A stretch of 62,371 bases of DNA, filler included, from Gonapodya sp. JEL0774 (lineage: Eukaryota): the NCBI GenBank assembly GCA_027604505.1. It is 3 parts of 3 records of this genome, joined end to end, with 100 filler letters (N's around TTAATTAATTAA, not from the genome) between each part and the next. Parts side by side here need not be neighbours in the genome. Positions count along the whole stretch, not along the records: positions 21,057 to 41,938 come from JADIIX010000247.1; 2 more parts are not named here. One strand, written 5' to 3'. The notes under the pieces were generated by a model. It was not told the DNA's origin and ran no database searches. It saw only the letters and a list, made by a program, of their open reading frames with translations. Numbering within the stretch: position 1 is the stretch's first letter; each line of letters begins with the position of its first letter. Of the stretch, positions 22,022 through 34,769 are shown piece by piece. The position numbers and the translations under genes were made by a program.

Positions 22022-25011
22022 ATGAGTGATGTATCAGATGGAGAACCATTGGAAGTAGGGTCTTCTCCCCCCATTCAGCCTTCGGAGGCAGGTGGAACCC
22101 CCCACACCAGCCAAACTTCTGCGCCTCCAGGGCAACAAAGGCCCGGCAAATATGGGGCGCATTTTCAATGCTGGATGTCTGAGGGAGGGGAGATGGGAAG
22201 GCTGGCTGAAACTGGAGACAATTTCACACATTATCGATGTGTTCACTGTCGGTGAGTAAGCTTGCAACTTTTTCCGGACAATTTGCTATCGGACATTATT
22301 ATGACGTTTTTGGTACAGTAAAATGTTGGCAAAGATGGACTCATCATCAACTACTGCACGCAAAAGGCATCTAGAAACATTTCACCGAAACCTGCCGTCA
22401 GTTAGTCAGCTTTTAGGAAGCACCGCAGTTCAAGAACAGGCTGGGCAGCAACAACTGTCTTCGTTTTTCTCAAGTGGAAAACAGCCTGGTTCAGCGTGGA
22501 AAGACTCTGTGCCAGTGAGTGTCAGTTATTTTTTGCATAAGTGCAAACCTATACTTCATGTATAAGCTTGTGCTGCTTGCACTTTGCAGGAATACAGTGC
22601 TGAGGCATTCTACAAGGAACTTACAAAGCTTATAGCAGTGAATTGCCTTCCCTACTCGATAGCAGATTCCCCTCAGTTTCAGCGGTTTGTTCGGATGTTA
22701 CGACCATCAGTCCTTCCTTTTAGTTCAAAAGGTGTGAAGTTGACAATTGACAGGGAGTTTTTGTTGGAGCAGAAGAAAATTATTAGTGAACTGCGTGTGA
22801 GTTGGTCTCTGTTGATGGTATGGAGATGTGTGGCTGTACTGACCCACTGGGTACCGGCTGATCTGTTGTTACAGACTGTCCCATCTAAGGTTGCAGTAAC
22901 TACTGATACATGGACCTCACTTGGAATGAGACACACATTTATTGGTGTTACTCTTCATTACATTGAGGATAATGGTAACATATGGACTCCTGTCATCAAA
23001 GCTCTGGACCTTGTGAAGCTTTCAGGTTCACACTCGGGAGAGAACCTTGGACCAGCACTTGGTAACATTCTAGACTTGTTTGGAGTAACTCAGAAGGTAT
23101 GATGGAAGTCTTTTTGTAATCCATGTTCTAACTTCCCTTCATATACCTTTCAGCTTGTTGCTGTTGTAACTGACAATGCTGCAAACAATGACACAATGAT
23201 GAGAAGTTTGCGCCGTGACTTTCGGCATTCTCTGCCAAATGGTTTCGATGCAACTAAGAATCACATTTTCTGTTTTGCTCATGCACTGAACTTGGTCGCA
23301 AATGCCATGATCAGTGTTTTGAGATCACAAATTCATAAAGTCGGAGACAATTTTGAGGCTGTGAATGAGCTTCATTATGCAGAGAATGAGGCAGATGAGC
23401 CGGATGATTTGAGTGACAATGCAGCAAAGTTGGCCTCTCCATTTGCCAAGGTATAGGTGTTCTGGTGTCTGGACTTCTTGCATTCATTTCATACACAATC
23501 TCACATATGCTTATCATGTCTCTCTCCTCATTTAATCTTCGTACCGTGATTGTTGCAATCCGTAAAAGTCCTCAGCTTCGGGATGTGTTTACAAAGGTTT
23601 GCCAGCAGCTTGGACTCAAATCACTTGAGTTGATCCTTGATATTGCCACTCGTTGGCATTCATCATTTAAAATGCTTGCAAGGGGATTTGAACTACGGAA
23701 GGTAAGTGGCAGTAGTCTTTTTATCATTGATTGTGAACACTGGACAGTGGGCTACAAGTACTTAAACCCCATTTTCTAGGCAATTGATGATTTTTGCAAT
23801 GATGATCTCCAACCTCGTTTTCAAAAGTTCTTACTCTCAAAACGAGAGTGGAAAAGTATTCATTCTATGTGCTGTTTACTTAAGCCAGTCTCAGATGTGT
23901 CGAATGTTGTTAGTGGACAAGTTTACCCCACAATGTGTAGTGTTACTCCGTCATTCAATGACTTTTTTGAATTCCTGGAAGACCGGGCAGAAACTTCAGA
24001 TCTGCCTGAGATTAGATTGGCTGCATCAGCTGGTCTGGAGGTTTTACGCAAGTATTACACCAAAACTGACAGGTCTCCAATCTTTGCTCTTTCTGTGTTG
24101 TCTTTGTCGCTTCTTACTTTTTTCAGCATAATACCATTTGCATCATAGTTCTAGACCCCAGGGAGAGATTTCAGTTTTTCGAAACCCCTGGTTGGGAAGC
24201 TTATTCTGATGAAATTTGGGAGAGCATCAAAGGAATTTACCAACGTGACTATGAGAGCAATAATGCTGATCCAGCCACTATAGAGGAGGAAAGTCATGGA
24301 GGGAGGAAGAGATTTGCATGGTCTAGCAAGGGGGTGCCATACCTAAAGCAGAGGCGCTTGGAGTCTGTGGACCAACTTGCTCTTTAACATGATGCTGGAG
24401 TCAGTAGTGATAAAACTGATCCCTTAGACTTCTGGAGAGTAAGTCCTCAATCTACACCTGTGTTAAAGTTTTTGTGCTGATGAGGAACACGTACTTTTGC
24501 ATCTAGAATGCCCCAGAGGTCCGTCAGCTCCCTGACCTTGCTCGCATGGCCCCCAAATATCTGTGCATCCCTGCAACAAGTGTTACCTCAGAGCGACTCT
24601 TTTCAGCATCATCCTCTGTTCTAACAAAAAAGAGAAGTAGTCTGAAGCCTGACAATATGTTAGGAAGCTTGTCTTATTGGGTGACTGGTGGAAGGACAAG
24701 GCCAAAGCAAGGAAGAGAGGAGATGGTCCAAAAGATGATGAATGGGAGGATTATGAATCTGAAGATGATATTACAGATGGAGATAGTGATATGGAGTAGG
24801 CAGGCTTCACAATATGCACTGAGGCTTACAAAATATCAAGATGCTGGAATGATTGAGGAAGCTCGAAGCTTCAAGAGATGCTCGAGCTCGACCAAGGACT
24901 CCCATGCTCGAGGCTCGACTGGAGCCCAAATGTGATGTTTGGTGGCTCGTTCAGAAGAGCATTTTTTGTCTGAAGCTTGGCTCAAGCTCGGCTTGTCATG
25001 GCGCGACTCTG
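22022..25011 (+). mobile_element. hAT (Ac/Tam3-like) DNA transposon with an intron-containing transposase pseudogene (CDS ~22022-24799)
   Basis: BED-like YRCVHC..RKRHLETFH; catalytic VTTDTWTS and VTDNAANN; CFAHALNL; LDIATRWHS; dimerisation domain DPLDFWR..YLCIPATSVTSERLFS. In-frame TAA at 24385. GCTCG-rich subterminal repeats at 24860-24995 end in ..CGACTCTG (putative right TIR). No left TIR was found. Confidence 0.92.
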
Positions 25012-25766
25012 CCACTATCACAAAACAGAACACATGCAACTCAAAGGTTATCTGGTCAACTGCGCCAGTGGAACCAGAAAACTGCCAGAAGGGTACCCAG
25101 CAACAGCGTCTATATGGCTGCTGTTGCATGCTCCTCATTGGTTGTCCTCCATCCTGTCCACACCACCCCCGCTGCCTCCTAGGAGCTCAGCATGCCCAGG
25201 CAACAAACAGACAGTGCTTGAAGTTGCCCCTCACTGGCTTGGACAAATACGTGCCAAATGTGCCTGAAAATTGCGACTCCCTCATCCAAACAACCCATCC
25301 CGTCCAACAATAAAGGCAAAAGGTCGTACATCCATCATCCGTCGCACCCATCACTGCAGGCCTGTCGTCGGACCATTCTGTCCCTCACCACCTTTCACCC
25401 CCTGTGGCCTATCCCCACCATTCGGCCCCTCCCCACCCTTCACCTCGCATCAATCAGAAGCCAGCTACACATGCTAATTCTTGGCAACACCTTGCTCAGC
25501 ACCAGCGCCTGCTGAAGGCCTTTCACTTCCTGACGAAAGGTACTGTAACAGTTTGTCTTCCCACCAAAACACCATCGACGCTTGGCCTATTTGCTTGCGT
25601 ACATAAAGGATGATTGCTGGCAAAAATTAACATGATCTAGCAGAGAGCTTTATTATTGTGAGATCTATGGCCCTGACAGATTCTGCCGACTTGCGGGCTG
25701 AGGCCTTAGTACACCTCAGGACGTACCTTTGTTGGGGTGACTTGTTCGCCGATTGCGAACACTTCA

Positions 25767-27346
25767 ATGACTCTTCCCAAGGTGCAGCGCGCCGTCTTGC
25801 TGTCGAAGGGTGGAGGCCCACCGTCAACGCTCGTGTTGGGGAACAGCCCGGTTCCCGATGTCGGGGTGAACGACATTCTCGTCAAACTAGAGGCTGGTGA
25901 GCAACCATGCCTCGTAAAAATTGATTCGTTGGGATTACAGTACAATCTGCACGTTTCTTGTCCCCCTCCGAAGTTGGTGTCAACCAAGCTGACACAAAGG
26001 TGACCGAAGCGTGCACGCTCTGATCCTGTCTTTCGATCTCACCGTGAATACACCAAGATCCGCAAGCAAGTGATGCCTGGGCTCGTGGCGCCTTCCATCC
26101 TCGGAAAGGACTTTGCAGGCAAGGTGGTGGCGACGGGCCAGAATGTCCAGGGTTACAAGAAGGGAGACGACGTTTTTGGACAGCTGAAGTCCCGTAAGAG
26201 CTGTCATCTTGAAGTAGTTTAAACCACGCGTTGAGTCTTTGTTCTCCGTATTTGCTTTTGTCAATTCTGTCTGTTCCTCAAAATATTGGGACTAGATGGC
26301 GGCACGTACGCCGAGTACACTGCATTCGATCCCACAAAGCATTTTCTGACAATCAAACCCGTATCTCTGCCATTCTCCGAGGCCGCAGGAATACCTATGG
26401 GTGCGCTGACGGCATACGCAGTATGTCATCTTCGGTCTTGATTTGGTGAAGGTACTCTGCGGTCTGTACTGACCTGTGTCATTTCAGGGCTTGATTACAT
26501 ACGGCGGATTGTCGACTCTGGAGGCGACTGCCAAGACCCAAAAAGGTTAGCCGCATTTTGTCGCCACGCACCCTAATATCTTCACTTCGGGATAGTTCTG
26601 CTATCAGGTCCTCGGGTCATTGTCATTGGTGCTAGTGGCGCGGTGGGTCATCTTGCCACACAAATGGCCAAAAATTGCCTGGGGGCATCAATCGTCGTAG
26701 GAGTTTGCAGTGCTAGGAACTCCTCATGGGTGAGGGACATGGGCTGTGATGATGTGGTGGAGTACGATGCTCCAGATCAGGCAGGCGGTACCCTCGTGCA
26801 GAACGTTGGGCGAACGAATTGGCCAGAGTGGAAGCAGGTGAGTTTACAAACATATCTCTCATCGATGGGCTTTCACACAGTTTTCTTCTTTGGAATAGAC
26901 CTTTGACATAATATTTGATACTGTGGGTCGTGATGATCTTTATTCCCTCTGGGCTGGCCATCTCCTCAAACCCTCTGCGAAATGGGTCACTTGCGCCTTC
27001 CCTGTTGCTGATGGAGGCGCACGACGAATCGGCATCTTTGATATGCTTAGCTTCGCTATGTTTATGGGGAGGAAGGCTATTGCAGGATCTCGAAAGTGGC
27101 AGATGGTTTGGGAACTGGATGACAGAGGTTGGAAAAAGATCTCTCAATGGGTGGATGAAGGAAAGGTGAGCCTGCTTATACCTCAGCATTGGCTCAAATT
27201 CATTGAACGTTCTTTCCCCAAAATAGCTCCGAGCACACATTCACAGAGAGATGCCACTCAGTGAGGCCTGGAAAGCGCATGAGCTGGTAGAGGAGGGTCA
27301 TGTGGCGGGAAAGATAGTCTTGATACCACCATCACAAGCTACATAA
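25767..27346 (+). CDS. MDR NADPH:quinone reductase-like oxidoreductase (RTN4IP1/AST1-like), multi-exon
   Basis: PVPDVGVNDILVKLEA|GVNQADTK, ILGKDFAGKVV, GTYAEY, EAAGIPMGALTAY, Rossmann VIVIGASGAVGHLATQMAK, GHVAGKIVL. Confidence 0.9.
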
Positions 27347-27518
27347 GTACGATTTGTGTTCTTCAGGTTGTGTGCAGAGGCGAGACAACAAAAATTGATA
27401 TCTGCAAATATCCCAGTAGCCCTCGTGATGTATTTAACTGGATATGATGATTCATTTACACTGTATCACCGGGTTATTTTTGGATGTTGGATCAAATTTC
27501 CCACTCCGGCTGTCTCAG

Positions 27519-28800
27519 GCTCACTCCTTCCCGTACCACTCCATCGCCATTTTGTTGTTCTTCTCCACACCCACCCCGATGTGGTCGCAGTCACCAAGGT
27601 TTAACTGAGCACTCGTGTGGCGTGGTCCGCAGACTTTCTGTACCACGGAGCTGCCGCCCCCTCATCCTTCTCCATACAGCTCAAACGCTCACCGAGGGTG
27701 ACCTGTGCACTCGCGTCGCCCTGTTCCTCGGCCTTCTGAAACCACTACACTGCTTCTCTCTCTAATATCTCCATGCCTACCCCGTGGAAGTGGCAGTCAC
27801 GGAGGTTCAACAGCACAGCGGCGTCTCCATCACATGGCAAGGATTTCATCGTGGGGTGGTTCTCAGGGGATTGAACCCCACGCCTCGTAATCTTGGCGCC
27901 CATTCAATAACACCTAGCGTAGCAAAAAAAGCCTTGGTGCAAGTGCAGCGGAGGGGGACATGCAGGGAAAGCAGGTGCGGAGGCCAGGAGTGCCGTTCAG
28001 GGGTCTAGTCTTGGAACACAAGAAGAAAGTCAGGCACATCATCCGAATCCGGTCCTTCAGCTCCGCGGTCTCCAGAGTCTAGCCAGTATGTGGATTTCCG
28101 TTGAAAATAGGGACACGTGTGGACAAGGAGGGGGAGAAGGGTACGGTTTCCGAGCATGACTAGGTCTGGGGACCACGATTCCTAATCTCCGCCCACCGTG
28201 AAAAATGGAAGAGCGCATTTGGTGCTGGATATGGGAGCAATTCTAGGCCCAGGCTCAAAGAGTGGATAGAAGACAAAGACTATGTCGAGTTCGGAGTCTG
28301 TCAGCTCATTTTCCAATGTCCATGTTCTTTTTTTACTTGGAGTTCGGAGTCTCAATGCGGGAGAAGGCACAGAAACCATACAATATCCGCGCCGGTGTTC
28401 CCACTCCACCACAAAGAGACCCACGCAATTCAACCGCGGACTGCAGTTTGTGGTATGTTCTGCAATCAGCCTCTCCTCCGCCACAAAAGCGCCGCAATCT
28501 TCGGGGGAAGTTCCGATGTGAGATTGTAGAATGACTATCCACCCCTAAGATTGTATTAGATTGTGGATTGGAGCAGTGGACCCGTCGAATCAACGGTTTC
28601 AAACTTTGGAAGCGACGGCTCTGGACGTCGCTGGAGCAGCAGTAATTGTCGCCTGCCCTCTCTGCCATCGGAATCAGGGAGCGTAAAAAACGCAGAGCAA
28701 CAGTAACGCCACCGCATGTCGGGTGCAAGGCGTGTGCAATACCTTCCACTCGCCAAGGTGCACTCGCCAAAACACAAGGTACAAATATACCCTTTTCAAC
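27519..28800 (-). pseudogene. Sel1-like repeat pseudogene, possibly with a decayed protein-kinase N-terminus
   Basis: 27519-27860 reads GDAAVLLNLRDCHFHG*, V*WFQKAEEQGDASAQVTLG, EKDEGAAAPWYRKSAD and AQLNLGDCDHIGVGVEKNNKMAMEWYGK, with stops and frameshifts. Near 28745-28775 a one-base shift restores FGxVHLGEWK, which resembles a kinase Gly loop (weak). Confidence 0.7.
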
Positions 28801-30759
28801 TGCTCAGGCTTCTACCATTAAAAGCGTGGCAAGTGAGTTTATTTTCTGTCATGTGTTGACACTCTGGCGGAAACAGAGTCAACGGGACGTTGAAGATGAA
28901 GTTCGAACGGAGACAACAAAAATGCTTCACTCGCAGGTCTGATGATCAACTGTGATGAGACTCCTTCAAACAATCTGACTGGGAATCTTTGTCCTCGAAT
29001 CTTTTAATCTTTTCAACCCAACCCGCTATCGCATTATGCTGACCCCCCATCCCATCCCACTCCTCCATTCTTTTTTTTCTCTGCGGCCATCGTCAACGTC
29101 ATGTATCGACATCCTCAGCATCAGCAGCAGCAGGAGCAGTAGGAGCAGTGACAAGTGCGAACATCGATGGACATGAATCTGCACATGGATGAAGACATCG
29201 TTGTTTTGACGGGGGACGTTGTTTGGTCAGGGCTTCAAGCGATCGTGCGTCTGCATGTTAGCAAGGAATCACAAACGGACACTTCCACCGTAACGTCGAG
29301 AGTCACGAGCTCAATAAAGAGGAGCATGTGACTTTATGAAAGTCGTTGGGGGAGTTCATACGAAACCGCAAGCGATTGCACAGCGGCTTTGTCTGACCGT
29401 TTCCAGTGTTGTTTTCGCTTTCCGGCCTGCGAGAGAACTCACTGGAAACCTCACTGGCCGTTTTGCACAATTTGAATCACCCACTGAGCTTGTGCGAAAA
29501 TTGGTGGACTTTGTTCGCGAATATGATGTGCAAGATGTTTCGATCGTGGGGCCTATTTTCAATATTTCACTGCTCAACCTCATCCATCCCTCCACCGCAG
29601 TGATGACCTCGGTATCAAAAGTCATGGTCGTATATGGGATCCGAATAACCCTACCAGTACCAGTACCGCCTCGATATGCAGACCTACTGTCGTTATTTAG
29701 TTGTGGAATGTGATGGGTATTGTGATGGCCATTGTGATGGTTGGTGACCACAGCCTGGCCGGACCCCGCACACACATCATTCCCTCTCCTCCACCCATTT
29801 TTCCGGACAATAAAGATCTGTAAATAGCTTCGCAATACAGTAATCACTTCGCTCATTCTAGAAAATCTCCGATCTGGCCTACAGAACTGTTGGTTCCGCC
29901 GCGAACCTCAACAACAGACAACTCATACTACAAGTCTACAAGACACACAAAACACAGTCAAACTCTTTAATTTTCTACCAGAATTTTGTCATACAGAAAA
30001 GTTATGTAAAATGCTGTAAATATGTGCACGTACCATGCTTATGTTTACGCTGTCATGTCTCAACCCAATGAATCCACTACTACTTCGTTGCAGAAGGCCC
30101 TCAAACAATCCACACCATCGTTCATTTTCTGTCATCCTATTGGTCATTCTTTTGTCACCTAGTCATCAGGGATAAAACTGGATGCTCTATCTCACGGAGT
30201 CCTTCTCTCATTCGCAGAATACGAGCCCTTCCTTTCAAGATTCCAACCCAAGCTTCGGGGATGTGGCCTCCTGCGTTCATCATCCGGGATATGAGAGAGT
30301 GGCCGCTCTTGGTTCCTACCTGGCTGGCCCCCATCTGGTCCGCTACTAGGTTGGTTATTGAGATTGGATGAATTAGAGGGACTGGTGGTGGTATCAAGAT
30401 TGGAAGATGGCTTTGTCCCTGACAAATTACGCACGGGAAGGCGGGTGTATGGAACACGAATCAACGGCGTGTGGGGGTAAATGATGAAGTCGGCTGTTGA
30501 CGGGTGTGGGTGAGCATTGACTAGGTCAGTTGGTTATGATCATTGACATTGGAAGGGGACACATGCAAGCCATTAGAAGAATGCATTCCGTAGAATTTCT
30601 GGAAAGGAATAAAGCTCCGCAGATTCTGACGGGGAGGTGTTCCCCGAAAATCTCTTGTGAAGGGTAAGTGAGAGCTCCCACGCCAAGAACATAATCGCCA
30701 CCGCCAACACTCGCAATTTCCGTCGGGAGTTCCCTCCCCGCTCGACAGTCCGTACACTC

Positions 30760-31144
30760 ACGGTTATCGGGAGGTTGCCCAAACGGTCGGTCGTGTTCAG
30801 CCTCCCACCTCTCCAGCTCCACCACCAGGTCAGCCAAAAGGACAGGTCCAATGCCTTCGATTTTCTTTTTAATATCTTCCGGAGTAGCAAGCGGAAACGG
30901 GAATTTGGCAAGGTGGTTGAGGGCCTTGAAGAGCATTGGTGAGTCTTAGAATGTTGATTCGAATCGACCAAAGACATCGAAAACCAACTTCATCCGAAGG
31001 TTGGGTGGGACATACCGATTTCAGATTCGCTCTCCGAGCACGAGCCTCTCTGGAAAGGTCGCCTTCGTTGAAAAGTTTGGTCAGACACTCCCAAAGAGCG
31101 GGGTTCATGCAGTTCTTAGGGCAATGTCGCCAGCGAGATGTCAT
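30760..31144 (-). pseudogene. Mus81-like N-terminal helix-hairpin-helix fragment with no nuclease domain visible
   Basis: CMNPALWECLTKL and FKALNHLAKFPFPLATPEDIKKKIEGIGPVLLADL resemble the Mus81 N-terminus (NPL..WL / KAL.SL.KYP.PL....L.GIG). The splice phase between the two parts was not resolved. Confidence 0.5.
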
Positions 31145-31749
31145 AGCGGGAGAGCGATGAATCGGCCTCTTGTTCTTCTTGAAAACACGCATGGTTATGT
31201 CGGAGATGATGTTTGTAATAGAGGCTACCGCAGCTCGGACTGTGGTCGACAGTGCCGCAGCAAGGCCTCAAACCAGTCCAGCCGGCGCTGCCGGTTGAGA
31301 AGCACGGTGCGTTCTGAGACGGCAACCCGTAACCCGACGCAATTATCCAAGGTAGTGGATTATTTGCAACTGAGCTCATCACGGAGTCGGGGTTTGATTT
31401 GCGATGTTTTGGAGAGTACATATAGAATAACCTCCGTGCACGATATAGGTTGTCTCCTGAAATGGTTGCCGCCATTCACCCCAAGCGATAGACCAACCTC
31501 ACCACCATCCCTCACCACCGGCTTCACCTGCCCTCCACCTGTTTTATTTGCGACAACACCTCTTACAAAGCCAACCTCCACTCCCCCCGCCGCTCCGTCC
31601 TCTCGCGAATTACTCTGCACTGTCTTTCAAACACTCCTACGCACACACAAAAAGGTTCTCACCACTGGCCTGGCCAAAATCCCACCCTCCCATGCCATTC
31701 TGCTCCACCGCACAGACGTGGGGCGACCTAGTACCCACGAACGCACCCC

Positions 31750-34140
31750 ATGGGCCCGCTTGACGATTGGTCCCTGTTCATCCTCTCGGCGCTCGCCATG
31801 GCCACGATCATATGCGCATGCGCCTATGCCACATTCACCAGCACCAACAATCTGAGGAGGACTAGATGGGATGTGTTTGGGGGTGAGGTGGTCCGCGTCA
31901 GTGAGAGCCCGAGTGGGATGACGAGTACGATAGATATGGCGGTCTGTTGGAAGTATATGGGGACCGGGAGACGGGACCGGGGGCAGGGAAGGGGAGATGG
32001 GGGTCCGTGGGAGTCGTTTTACTGTGAGTTGGGTTGTTGCGTGCGGGAGGTGGTCATTGTGATGGAGGAGGTGAGGAGGAGGGAGGGGGACGAGCCGAGT
32101 AAGGAGATGAATGAGTTGGTGGACGAGGGGGGTGGGGCAGTGTGGGGGTGGGGTGAAGTGGGGTTCAGTGTACTTTGTGAATTTATGGATGGTGGTCTGA
32201 CCTTTCTCTTGGTCTCGTTCCACTGTTTAGTTCGCCACTGGCAATCCCACAGATGTCCCTCCAGTTCTGCCTTGCCAACCCCGACACCACGCTCACATCC
32301 CTCCACGCCGACCAGTCCACCTCCCACCACGCGCGCGCCAAACTCGCCTCGCTCCTGTCGCCCAGGACGCCCCGCTGGCCGAACTCGGGGAACTGTCCTA
32401 CGCCGCGCGCGGGCGGCACACTTGCAGATCAACGCAGTCAAAGCGCCCACAGAGGATCTGTCGGCGGAATTGCGAGAGGCGCAGAATATTGTTGCCGACT
32501 TGGAGAGGGAGATGGACGGGTTGAGGGAGGAGTTGAGTAGGTCTGGGGAGGACGGTGGGTGGATCGTGGAGCTGGAGACTAAAGTGTCTGAGTTGGAAGC
32601 AGTGGTGTAGGTCGAGGTAGACGCCACAGCTCGTGCGGAGCGGGATCGGGATGGTGCCCGAGCGAGGGCCGACCAAGAAGCTCAAACCGCGGCCAGGTTC
32701 CATGACCAGGCCGACGAGGCCAGACTAGCCCTGGCGGCCCGGGATGCGGCAGTGTCCTCGCTCGAGTGGACGCTGGCAACGGCCAAGTAGTTGTTGTCGG
32801 GAAAGGATCCGGCCGGTACCGTCGGGGGCCAAGGAGGAGTTGAGGAGGGAGGGAGAGCGAGGGGCAGTAATGGAGAGAGGATGGAGGTGCTCAAGCCCTG
32901 AGTGCAGGAATTGGAAGGGGCGGCGGTGAGGCGCATAGGACGGTGGAGGGGATGGAAGGTAGGTCGATCGAGCCGTGTTTTTCATTGTTTTAGTTTTCGT
33001 GAAGATGTTTAGATCCTGACCCGTTCGCATCATCTGCCATCATATACCCCTATATCTAGCTTTTGTCACCACTCTTCAGTCGCGACTCTCCGATAATTCC
33101 ACCTATATTTCCGGACTCCAGCGAGGCAACCAGCTCCGCACTGAAGCCCTCGAAGCGCTCGGCAAGGACCACTCGGTTCTGCTCCGCAAGGCAGATGAGA
33201 CAGATACGAGAGCGAGGTGCTGTATGCAGATTTGGAGAAGCCAGTACCGGACTTGGGGAGTTGGAAGCGCAAGTCGCCAAGCTCCAGGAGGAGAAAAGCA
33301 GGCCAAGGGTGTCATGAAGGATCTCAAGGCCAAGGTTGAGCAACTCATGCGCGAACTCGATCCCGCCAAGGTAGAGTCTGCAGCAAGGGACAAGATGGTC
33401 CTGTCGCTCCTTGTAGAGAAATGAACGGTGTTCCACGGTGTGGGGGCACTACAAGACAGATTGATCTCAGAGTTGACAGGCGGTTCTGCGACAGACGCAC
33501 CCAGTGCCGACAAGGACACTGAGCACGTAACGAATGGAGCTCCGGTTCAGGTGGACAAACCTCAGGACCAGAATACCCTGGTGGTATTTCTGAACCGCAC
33601 CATTCGGGACCTGCACGGAAAACGACACCAAACTGAAAGATGCGGTACGCAAACTTTGGGCTACACAACAGGCAATCCCGGATCGCGACGCTGCCATTGT
33701 GCAGCTCAGCGAACAATCGATGGACTGGAAGAGACGCACAAGCCGCTCGAGCGGTGCGCTTTGGAACAGGGCGAGGGTTGCAAGACGGTCAGCTGGGTTG
33801 TCACGGAGGCGGAAGTAAGGGCTCGGTCGTATGAGGAGCAGATCGCTGCAATGGTACAAGATCAAGAGCGCCGCTTGGAGGGGAAGATGGTGGATGCTTC
33901 CGCCAGACTCAAGCAGGCTCAGTGGGATGTCAGAAAAACGTCCTCGTCTCTTACCCCGGAACTCGGGGCAAGAAAACTCCAAGTTGATCGACAGTTTTGC
34001 CAACGCCACCGCACTCCAACAGGCCATCTCCGTTCTTCAGCATGCTGTTGCAGATAGAAATGGGTAACGGACTGGCATGACCCAAACCCTGCAAGACCTG
34101 CACCAATAGATTGCAATGGCAGAAGTGAAGGACGCTAGTT
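31750..34140 (+). pseudogene. Decayed long coiled-coil protein gene with an N-terminal hydrophobic segment
   Basis: Heptad-rich fragments (LSAELREAQNIVADLEREMDGLREEL; LGELEAQVAKLQEEK; MKDLKAKVEQLMRE; YEEQIAAMVQDQERRLE) interrupted by in-frame TAGs at 32608 and 32788 and by frameshifts. Confidence 0.6.
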
Positions 34141-34769
34141 ATCTGCTCGCGCCAGTGGACAGCTCCTTCGATTCAGTAACCGTTTGTCCATGCCAGAGAG
34201 TGCCTCGAGCTCCTCTGTACTGGCAAGGGCAAGGAAAAGGTTGTGTGGGGACGTGTGTTGAGCAGATGTGTGTGGTTTTACTTATCTGATGGGAGTGGAG
34301 ATGACCGTTCAACTACTTTGCATTCTGGCCTCCAGGTGTCCATAACTGACTTCAGTAACTTCCAAGTACAGTATTTTGTATTTAGTATTTTGTGTATGGT
34401 GAAAGGGATCGGAGCAATCAAATAAATTTTGTGCCTCAGCACCGAACGTGTGGATGTGTGCATGTGTGATGGTATTGCATACCAGGATATAGAGGCCTAT
34501 CGAGCGTCGAGAAGTAGGTCGGTTCTTTTGCGAGGTACTTGCTATCGGTGCCTTCTGTCTATCTGATGGTGAGTAGGCCCAAAAAGCACAAGTAAACTAA
34601 CAATCTATTCATGTATGGATGCACAGGAATGCGATTCGAATGTGATCAAGTGTGGAATGACAGAGACAGAGGTTGGTTTTGGGTTTGTAGACTTGGTTTG
34701 AATCCACCATCACCAGCAATTTAAATATAATATAAATAGAGCCGTTGGGATATCTCCGACCAGTACCAA

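Noticed and set aside
29336..29856. 125-aa and 166-aa overlapping ORFs
   Set aside because: No homology or motif recognised; cannot tell which strand, if either, is coding.
32608..32790. Stop-codon reassignment (in-frame TAGs in the coiled-coil gene)
   Set aside because: The same region has frameshifts, and other ORFs in the window end in TAG; pseudogenisation suffices.
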